DNA from: Paecilomyces variotii
Lineage: Eukaryota
Length of the DNA: 9,995 bases
Assembly (NCBI GenBank): GCA_004022145.1
Contig: RCNU01000058.1
Strand: one strand, 5' to 3'
The notes below the pieces were generated by a model that was not told the DNA's origin, searched no databases, and saw nothing but the letters and a program-made list of their open reading frames with translations. Position numbers and translations under genes: made by a program. Positions 1 to 8,867 of this stretch are shown in pieces. Position 1 is the stretch's first letter, and each line of letters starts with the position of its first letter.

Positions 1-956
1 TTTATATAAATCTAGCGGGGGCATCTACTAAGTATATCTAGAAGGCTATTTCTTTTATAAGCATTATTATTAGCCGCAATAATATCTCTAAGATATAGTT
101 AATAATATTAAGATAAGTTATCTATTCCTAAATATCTAATAACTTATTTTAATAATATCTTGCATTTTATCTATTAAAAGAATCCTTTACCTTATAACTA
201 TTCTAATACAAATATCTGTTAAATATTCAACAACTTTTATTAAAGATATATCTATACCTTATCTTAAGCAGATGTTTAATATATTATAAGCATATACTAA
301 ATATAGCTTAAATCTAGTTTAGGCTCTATACTTAAAACAATTATAAAACCCCATCTCTCCTACTTCTTTAAAAGGATAAAAAGGATAAAATTTAAAATAA
401 GGCATATTATTAAGCATATAAATATAGCAGTATTAAACATTACAAATATATACCGGAGTATATATTTAGACAACACTATAAATATAGTTATATTAAACTA
501 AATATCTTCAAAATACTTTATAAAGAAGTAGGCTATATATCTAATACTACTTCTGCTAGTAAATTTCTTAAAAAAAAAACTAAAAATTAATATAATAGAT
601 TTCTTTATTTTTAAAATTAATAATCAGCAAGGCATTATTTTTATCTAAAAAGTAAAATATAAGTATACTTAAATTAAACTCTAGTAATCTTTAAACGGCA
701 TAAAATAAGTTTAACTCTATATTTAATCTTAGCATATATTAAATATATCCTTAGCCACTAGTTACTTTTATTAGTTGCCTATTAGCAAATAATTTTAAAC
801 TATAGCATATTGCACAAGCTATCTCTATATATATAGCTTAAATTTATATGCCTTATCTATATATCTTAGTAGCTTATAGGATATATAATACTAATACTTC
901 TATTTAATCTACTTATACCTATATTAACTATACTACTTTAAGGCGCATAACTTATA

Positions 957-1005
957 GTAGGTATTTATTCTATATATACTAGACATATACTAACTATAGG
1001 TCTAG
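957..1005 (+). other. Spliceosomal intron relic in transposase (49 bp)
   Basis: GTAGGT donor at 957, TACTAAC branch at 988-994, TAG acceptor at 1003-1005. Removal joins frame +2 to frame +3. Confidence 0.7.
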
Positions 1006-1442
1006 GATTTAATTATCCTTAAAATATATCTAAAGTCCTATATAAAGAATATAATATTTTAATTAATATTTTTATTCCTTATAATTAAGATTGTTTTCTT
1101 TTTATCTTTCTTATTTATTAAGAAGATTATATATATTTTCTTCTGTTATTAACTAAGTTAAGTTAAGATTTTATTTAAGAACTTATAGATTTAATTAACT
1201 AAAAAGATATTCTTACTATAACTGCATATATATTATATATATCTTAAGCCTATATTCTATATATGCTGACCAGATACTTATAAACAAATTCTTAATATCT
1301 CCCGAAGTATATATATTTAAATAAAAATATTAAGATTAAGCTCTAAATTTAATTAGAGCTTCTTTAAATATTAAGGATAAAATTGCTTATTTAATTTAAA
1401 AATAAAAACTTCTATAATACCTATTTAGTTTAAATATTACCA

Positions 1443-1491
1443 GTTAGAATCTATTCTTACTATATATTTTGCATATACTAATATTATATAG
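1443..1491 (+). other. Spliceosomal intron relic in transposase (49 bp)
   Basis: GTTAGA donor, TACTAAT branch-like site, TAG acceptor. Removal joins frame +2 (YLFSLNIT) to frame +3, which leads to the EIDLAYK motif. Confidence 0.7.
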
Positions 1492-1716
1492 GGATTATAT
1501 AAGAATATAAGTTTAATTAATATAGAGAAAGTAATAAATAATAAATTTACGCAATTAATATTAGTAAAACTAAAGAATATATTATTATTTATTATATAAA
1601 TGCTTAAGTAAAAGCATTTATAAAAGCTAAATATCTTGAAATAGATTTAGCTTATAAGATAATACTTAGAAATATAAATATCTTTTTGATCTTAAGCTAG
1701 AATTCCGAAGCTAAAT

Positions 1717-1769
1717 ATATATTTAACTTCTCCTTATTATATATTTAGTATATACTAACTTTATATTAG
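1717..1769 (+). other. Spliceosomal intron relic in transposase (53 bp)
   Basis: ATATAT donor (RIP product of GTATGT), TACTAAC at 1753-1759, TAG at 1767-1769. Removal joins frame +3 to frame +2 (INTYCYAF). Confidence 0.7.
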
Positions 1770-1952
1770 GGATTAATACTTATTGCTATGCTTTTATCTC
1801 TCTATAAACTTATTATATATATTTTTAAATATTTAAATTACTATTTTAAACATTATTATAAACTGCATATTAATATATTTAATAAGCATATATTTTAAAT
1901 AAAGAAGGGATACAGACTATTACTATAGATATATATAAAAAATAAATACTTA

Positions 1953-1999
1953 ATTAGTATTATCTCAATAGATATAGAGTATATACTAAGTATATTTAG
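1953..1999 (+). other. Spliceosomal intron relic in transposase (47 bp)
   Basis: ATTAGT donor (from GTTAGT), TACTAAG branch-like site, TAG acceptor. Removal joins TITIDIYKK*IL (+2) to FGNYLYSIYP (+1). Confidence 0.65.
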
Positions 2000-2843
2000 G
2001 TTTTGGTAACTACTTATATTCTATTTATCCTTCTCTTAACTAGCAAAAATATCTTAAGCATATACTTATCTTCTGCTAAACATATATTAAATACAATTTT
2101 TATAAAAAGTTCAAAAGATCTTATTCTTTTATCTATTAATTAAAATATCTATAAGATCTATATTCTTACCAAGAAATCCTTCAAACTATATACTAATAGG
2201 GTAAGAAATATCTAGATATTAAAAAATAGCTTTAAAGCAAAATAAACTATAGATTCTTACTATATTATTACAAGAAACATTAAAAATCCCTTTTAAATAA
2301 TAGAGTTATACTTAAAAGCATACTAGATTATCTAAAAATAGTTACTTCCAAGATAATTATAATATAGAGAGAAACCTATTTTTACTAGGGGCTATTTAAT
2401 AATATATCTATACTCAGCATATACTTAGTATCTATCTAGCATAAATTAAATACTAATAAGGCTAATTTATATTTAGTCTATAATAACATATAGAAGATAT
2501 TATTAAATAATAAAAGCTTTTTAGCTATAATATTAATAATATATAGCGAAACTATAATAATACTATATAAATCTCTTAATAGATATAGAGAAACAATAAA
2601 ATAAAAGTTTAATATACCTTTAAATATATACTAAATATATCTTTTAAACTAATAGAATTAAAGAGCTGCTAATTATTAAATAAATTAATCTCATTTACTA
2701 TTTAATCCTAATAATCCCTATAATATACCTTTAAATAATAGTAATAATTAATCTTCTAATAAAAATGCTAATTTTAAAGTTATTTTAATATCCTTATCTA
2801 AACCTTCTATTAAATATATACTGGCTAGAGATAAAATATCTAC

Positions 2844-3668
2844 AGAGCATATGCTAAGCAGAGATTAAGAAAAGGGTTAACCTAAAGGTTCTAGTCGTTA
2901 TTAAAGCTAGGTTTAATCTAGGATTAAGCAGACTAAGCTAAGCTCTGAAGAATCAGACTTAAATTATTATTCTCAACATAAATTAAGTGCAGAGCATATA
3001 TTAAACAAAGATTAAGGAAGAGATTAAGAAAGGGATTAACTTAGAGATTCTAGTTGTTATCAGAGCCAGGTTCAATCTAAGACTAAATAGACTAAGCTAA
3101 GCTCTAAAGAATTAGACTCAGATCATCATTTTTAACGCAGATTAAATATAGAGCATATACTAAATAGAGATTAAGAAAGGGGTTAATTTAGAGGTTCTAG
3201 TCATTATTAGAGCCAGGTTTAATCTAAGACTAAATAGATTAAACTAAGCTCTAAAGAATTAGACTTAGATTATTATTCTTAATACAGATTAAATACAGAG
3301 TATATACTAAATAGAGGTTAATAAAGGGGTCGACCTAAAGGTTCTAATTATTATTAGAGCTAGGTTTAATCTAGGACTAAATAGACTAAGCTAAGCTCTA
3401 AAGAATTAGACTCAGATTATTATTCTTAACACAGATTAAATATAGAATATATACTAAATAAAGATTAAGAAAAAGATCGATCTAAAGGTTCTAGTTATTA
3501 TTAAAGCCAGGTTTAATCTAAGACTAAGCAGACTAAGCTAAGCTCTAAAGAATTAGACTCGGATTATATTTCTTAATATAGATTAAGTAAAGAGCATATA
3601 CTAAACAGAGATTAAGGAAGAAATAGATTTAAAGATTTTAATTATATTTAAGGCTAGATTTAATTTAA
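2844..3668 (+). repeat. 147-bp tandem repeat, about 5.5 copies, coding (49-aa unit with AT-hook motif)
   Basis: Units start with AGAGCATAT-like sequence at 2844, 2991, 3150, 3297, 3444 and 3591 (partial). Lengths are 147, 159, 147, 147 and 147 bp. Unit 2 has a 12-bp internal duplication. All lengths are multiples of 3. Confidence 0.95.
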
Positions 3669-4081
3669 TACTGTCCTAATACCTAAAAGGGTTTAAACCC
3701 TTTTATTAGATTTAGATAGCTCTGCTAGTTTTAATCTAAAGCATATACTAACTCTATATCCAGCATATATTATCCAGGAGTTAAGTATAAATTCTAGATA
3801 GAATAGAGCTTATATACACTATAGTAGAGGATCCTTATTAAAAAAAATAGCAGAGACTGATTTTATTATTTAATTAAGAGAAATAATAAAATAAAGGCAA
3901 TAAGAATTTAAGCAAAAAAAAGAAGGATTATTATAGTAATTTATATAATAAATATATATATCTATATAGCTATAGTTATATAGTAAATATATATATATAT
4001 ATTTCCTTTTCCCCTATAATAAGAATAAATAAAAAAATAAAGAATATTGTATTGCAATTATTTAAAAATATAAAAAAACAG

Positions 4082-4174
4082 TCTTTAAGTATAAAAACTT
4101 AGTATTAAACTAAAGTTCAGCATTAATAATCTTCAAGCATAAAAGCTTAGCATTAAACCAAAGTTTGGCATTAA
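4082..4174 (+). repeat. 48-bp-period direct repeat, 2 copies
   Basis: TCTTTAAGTATAAAAACTTAGTATTAAACTAAAGTTCAGCATTAA starts at 4082 and TCTTCAAGCATAAAAGCTTAGCATTAAACCAAAGTTTGGCATTAA starts at 4130. The differences are all transitions. Confidence 0.85.
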
Positions 4175-4809
4175 ACATATGCTTAAGGGAGAGCTAGGCT
4201 TAAATATCTATATATTTAAGGCCTCTAAAAACTCATCCTCAGAAGAAGAGATTATAACTTATAAATATAAACTCAGCATATACTCTATATATAAAAGGGA
4301 AGAATTTACTAATAGACTTAGTATTGCGGCCATTAATACTATAAAAATATTTATAACTATAATTATAAGCACAGTTATACTTTAATTTAGTTAGTATTTC
4401 TTTATCAGCAATATATCTATTTATATATTTATTATAAGATATAGACTATCTGTGCTTTAATAGAGTTAAGACAGAACCTATATTATAATTTAATTTAATA
4501 TATATATAAGATAAATTAGAAGATTACTTATTATTATTTTTATTATTATTATCTTATAATAGTAAGATATTTTTAGTCTATATAAGGTCAGTATATATAT
4601 AACGCAGGTAAGAGTATATTTATTGCGCGCTTATAAAACAGGGTTAATAAAGATACAGAACGCTAAAATAAAGGCTAAGATTAGTTAAAGTTAATATTAG
4701 GCATATGCTAAATATATCTAAAAAGCCTATTAAGAGTTATAAATTATATATAAATAACAATATAAATAGCAATATAAATAATAAAAAAGATAGTATATAA
4801 ATCTTATTT

Positions 4810-5790
4810 ATATATTAACATATATTAAACTTATTTTCTAATAAAACTGGCTCCTATAGCTATTTCTGAACTTATTATTAGCGCAAGCCACTTCTTTATA
4901 AGATATAGCAATACCCTTAATTAGTATATTTCCTATATTAAAAGAAATATTAGCTTAATATAAGCTCTATATATATCTAAGACTTACTATAATTTATAAA
5001 TAAAGTTAATATCTTACTACTTGCTAAGTAAAACATATTTAATTAGTGTATTATATATTATTAGTATAACTCTAATATATATAAAATAGATCCTAAACTT
5101 ACTATAGCCTAATTATCTTCTTATCTATAATTATATTACTAGTCTCTATACTATAGTTTAATATTATAATAGATTAGCATATATTTAATATATACTAAGG
5201 ATAATAATATACTCGCCCCCAGGTATATAGTCTTTATATAGCATTATAACTTTAACTATTAATATATTATATATATATAGAACTTATATTAGACTTATAG
5301 CGGGCTATAAATTAATAATCTTACTATATATAAGTGGGCTATCTATATTTACCTATACCCAGTAACTATAGAAGCTTAATATATATTTAATTAATTTTAA
5401 AAAAAGGACTTATATATTCCTATTTATACTTAAAATAAAAGACCTAAAAATTAATATACGGGCATTTTTTTTAGCGGTAATTACAGGCACTATCTATATT
5501 TAGCGCATTTTTAGCATATACGCAATATCTGCTTATTAGATTTCTTATTTTCCTGCTTAGCTATAGCGTGTAAGTTTAAAATCTATATTAAATTTAAGTT
5601 AAAAACTAGGCCTATTTTCATTTAGCATATACTTAATATTAAGTGGAGATATACTTACTATAATAATACCTGTAGTTCATCAGATTACCTGCTAATAAAA
5701 TTATATTATAGGTAAGGAGTTTCTTTAAATATAGCGGCATTTTTATAGTTATATAGCAGTAATATAAAAGGGTAAACTATAATATTATAG
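4810..5790 (-). pseudogene. RIP-degraded multi-exon gene of unknown function, convergent with the transposase; limits approximate
   Basis: Minus-strand GTAAGT donors lie at 5658, 5102 and 4987, with a degraded ATAAGT at 5413 and GCGAGT at 5216. GCTAA branch-like sites and TAG acceptors give introns 5658-5612, 5413-5366 and 4987-4933. The intervening exons translate with only RIP-type stops (e.g. ADIAYMLKMR*I*IVPVITAKKNAR; YWV*VNIDSPL). I recognise no family. Confidence 0.6.
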
Positions 5791-6096
5791 AGGCAGGGCA
5801 AAAATATTATTAGGGAGATTAAAGATAATATAAATAATATAAACTTCTATATAATAGGATTTTAATATTGCTTCAGCATATATTTAATAACCGCCTTTAT
5901 ATATACTGCCTTAATAAACTGCGCAGAATAATATTAATTCTAGCTCCCTATATATATCCTAGTATTGCTCTAACCTATACTTAGCATATATTATAATACA
6001 GCATAGAGCATATATTATATATAATTCTTAATAAATATAGTTTACTGTAATATAATATAAAAACTTTATTATAAGTTATATAAACTATATATATAC

Positions 6097-6222
6097 TAAG
6101 CCCACCCAAACACTATACTGAAACTAACTTAGTGTCTGAGCTAAACCTAGATTTTTCTTAGGTGGGCTGAGCTTTTTAAATAGGCTGAGCTTAGCCCCGG
6201 CTGGGCCGAGCTATATCCCGGG
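6097..6222. repeat. GC-rich candidate right terminal (TIR-like) sequence with internal repeats
   Basis: CTGAGCT occurs at 6136, 6167 and 6185, and CCGAGCT at 6206. There is a near-palindrome GGCTGAGCTTAGCC (6183-6196) and an inverted pair AGCCCACCCAA (6099-6109) / TTAGGTGGGCT (6158-6168). It ends in CCCGGG at the Gypsy junction. The partner TIR is not in the window. Confidence 0.6.
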
Positions 6223-7862
6223 AATTTATTAATTATATTTAGCTAAAGATATTAAATATAATAAGAGAAATAAGACTAATCTTAAAATACTTAAAAAATC
6301 TTATTATAGAGAAAGCTTTATAGCTTAGAAAAAAAGAATTATTAATAAAAATACTCTTTATTAAAAAAGCTATTTTTATATAAACTTTTAAAGAGATTAA
6401 ATAAATATACTTAAAAATAATACTTCTAATTATTATTTAAATTATATAATATAAGCTATAGTAAGTAAAGAGCTTTCTAATATTAAAAGTACTTTATAAT
6501 ATAATATAAGTAATAATAAAAGAGAGAATAAAGGTTAAAATTTTTAAATAAAATTAAAGGCCTTATAAGAACTTATAATTTCTTATAAAAAAGAAAAATA
6601 ATAAATATTAATTAATTAATATAATAATAAAAGTTAATTAAATAATAATAAAAGATATTAATTTATCTTTCTTAGCTAATAAATTTTTAAAAAAGTTTAA
6701 TAAAATATTAATATCTATATTAATAAATTTATTCTCTAAATATAATTAGTTAAAATTAATAAAAGAATTATATAATTTAATAGCTTTTTATATGCTTAAG
6801 ATTAATTTAATTTATTAAGTTAAACTATTATAAGAATAAACTAATATAGTATTAAAATTTATATATAAAGTTATAAAAGCGCTTATTAATAATATCTCTA
6901 ATATTTATAATATATTTTTAAATAATACTTTAATATAAGGTCTTAAGACTAACTATAAAGAAGAGGAAGTACTGCTTAAGATTAAGAGATTTATATTTAA
7001 ATATATTTAAAATATTAATAAGGTATTATATAGTTTTAAACTTACTAGTTTAATTATTATTAGAGAGAAGTTATAATTTATAGTCTTAGGGATTAAAATA
7101 ATAAGATATATATATAATATAAAAGAAAAGCACTTAAAATCTATAAAAATAATTAAAATCTTAAAATAATTACTCTATTAAAACTTATAAAAAGTAAAAG
7201 AGTTTTTAAAGATTATAGCCTATTATTAGATATAAATTAAAAGATATATTATTAAAGCTAAGTTAATATACTTAATATTAAAAAAAAGATAAGATTTCTT
7301 TTAAAGATTAAAATAGTAAGACTTAATAAATATTTTAAAAATAGCTTTAATAATAACTTTAATACTTAAAGTAATTAACTATAAAAAAGAGAAAATAATT
7401 ATTATTAATATAGACGCTAATAATAATAAATAGAAGGTATAATTTACTTAAAAAGAAAAAGAATCTAATAAAAAATACCTAGCTAAATATAAAAGTAGAG
7501 TATAAATATAAATAAAGAGGTAATATTATAAATATAAGATAATATTAAAGGCTTTTTATAAGTTTTAAATATATCTATATAATATATACTTTTAGCTAAA
7601 AATAAATATAAAAACTTTAATTATATAATTAAATAGAATAGCTATAGACTTTCTAGGATTAATAATTACTTATTAAATTACTTAAATTTAGCTATTTAAC
7701 TTTAATATTATTTATATAATAGGAAGAAAGAACTTAGTTATAGATAAGTTATTTTAAAAATTAGTAATAGAATAAGATCTAGAGAAAACTAAAGATAATA
7801 ATATAGAGAAATTCTTAGACCTGTAGTTTTATATAGTCTATTATACTAGTATATAAGTAGAG
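6223..7862 (+). mobile_element. pol: Ty3/Gypsy LTR retrotransposon pol fragment (reverse transcriptase + RNase H), RIP-inactivated
   Basis: Frame +3 reads RPYKNL*FLIKKKNNKY*LIN (de-RIP GPYRNPWFLVKKKNGKYRLIN), NLFSKYN* (DLFSGYDQ), LL*E*TN (LPQGWTN) and FLNN at 6915-6926 (FLDD, the YxDD motif). RNase H motifs follow: IDAN with Asp at 7413-7415, YLAKYKSRV* (HPARYESGVW) and KNLVIDKLF* (KNxVADGLSR). RT followed by RNase H and then a linker fits Gypsy; integrase is absent. Confidence 0.92.
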
Positions 7863-7869
7863 TAGTTAT

Positions 7870-8058
7870 AGAAAACTAAAAAAACTAAATTAAATTAAAC
7901 TAAACCGCCTATAATTTAGTTTAGTTTATAATTTTATAAACTAAAATAGTTTATAGACTTTATAAATTAAACTAATAGTTTATAATATATTATATAGTTT
8001 TTTTAAGTTTAGTTTTTTTAAGTTTTTTAGTTTAATTTAGTTTTTTAGTTTTTTTTAA
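7870..8058. repeat. Subterminal inverted repeat cluster (AAACTA/TAGTTT; probable ancestral AACCG/CGGTT)
   Basis: AAAACTAAAAAAACTAAATTAAATTAAACTAAA (7872-7904) is mirrored by TTTAGTTTAGTTTA (about 7915-7928) and by TTTAGTTTAATTTAGTTTTTTAGTTTT (about 8026-8052). One unmutated AAACCG remains at 7902-7907. Confidence 0.75.
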
Positions 8059-8824
8059 TTACTTTAGATTAATCTAAATTTTTATATAAATCTTATTAAT
8101 CTTTAAGAACTATTTAGATTTTTATTTCTTTATAATATCTATTACTAAATATTAACTAAAAATTAATAAAATAATATTAGAATATAATATTAAAGTCTAA
8201 CTTAAGTTAAATTCTTAATATTTATATTAGCCTTTAATATAGTTAATCTAGCATAAGTAATAATTAAAAAACTTAGATCTATTTATAGTTATTATATTCC
8301 TCTAAGAATATATAGAAACTTTAAGTATAGGTAATTTATCTAATTATTCTCTTTTATTATAAATAGACTTAATAATAAATTAATTTATTTAAATATTTAA
8401 AAGACCTTAACCCCTAAACTACTTTATTTAATAATCTTTATTATTTATATTTATCTTTTCTTTTAATATATTATCTATATTCTTATTATTATTAATTAGA
8501 TTTAGTAATTTAATTTTCCCCCTTTTAAATTATTAATTATTAGGTATTATATCTATATTATTAATTATTACCTTAAATTCTTACTAAATAATAAAATTTT
8601 CAGTATATATAAGAAGTATTAAAGTATAGATTATATTAAGAAATAGTTAATTATATTAGTAATAGTAAATATTTTAAGTATTATTAAATAATTATTCTAT
8701 ATTAATACTATTTAATAAGATTATAAAAAAATCTCAGGCTATTATTATAAGAATTAGAAATTAGTATTTATTAATTCTCTAATAATTAAAGATATTATCT
8801 AATTTTAATAAACTTAATTTAACT

Positions 8825-8867
8825 TAAGTTAAAATAATATTATATAAGTTAAAATAATATTATATAA
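8825..8867 (+). repeat. Perfect 20-bp tandem duplication
   Basis: TAAGTTAAAATAATATTATA occurs at 8825-8844 and 8845-8864, followed by TAA. Confidence 0.85.

Larger units (their letters stand above)
1..3950 (+). pseudogene. RIP-inactivated, intron-containing MULE-like DDE transposase; 5' and 3' limits approximate
   Basis: Motifs occur in order. YSSIKHYKY at 423-449 (de-RIP CSGIKHCEY). YIYFLLLLTK at 1128-1157 (HTHPPPPPTK). YLEIDLAYK with the first Asp GAT at 1644-1646. GIQTITID with the second Asp GAT at 1928-1930. HILIFC*TY with Cys at 2074-2076 (CxxH). *ILT...KIP...HTRLSKNSY with AAA at 2334-2336 (de-RIP GAA, catalytic Glu). Short introns join the frames, and there is one apparent frameshift near 2240-2244. 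Confidence 0.8.
1..6222 (+). mobile_element. Mutator/MULE-like DNA transposon relic; left end lies outside the window
   Basis: It contains a DDE+CxxH transposase relic and a convergent second gene relic. A GC-rich repeat-bearing end stops abruptly at CCCGGG (6217-6222), where Gypsy pol sequence begins mid-gene. The residual GCA/TGC pattern is shared across the interval. Membership of all parts in one element is inferred. Confidence 0.7.

Noticed and set aside
2844-3668. CRISPR array
   Set aside because: The units are similar along their whole length with no unique spacers, and the context is eukaryotic.
2844-3668. Nucleosome-length (147 bp) satellite
   Set aside because: The match to nucleosome core length is probably coincidental. 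In-frame unit lengths, the in-frame 12-bp duplication and a sensible consensus translation favour a coding repeat.
3940-4002. (TA)n microsatellite
   Set aside because: Short TA runs are an expected end-product of RIP on CA/TG-containing sequence and occur throughout the window.
4179-4385. 68-aa ORF as a functional CDS
   Set aside because: It is short, has the I/K/Y/N-rich composition typical of RIP products, and shows no recognisable domain. At most it is a surviving piece of a relic exon.
6097-6222. tRNA or structured ncRNA, or a Gypsy LTR
   Set aside because: No cloverleaf or A/B boxes are apparent. It abuts the middle of pol, where an LTR of the same element would not lie.
8580-8700. BED zinc finger of a hAT transposase
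   Set aside because: A possible CxxC (YKKY) is readable, but no in-frame His pair could be found, so it is too degraded to call.
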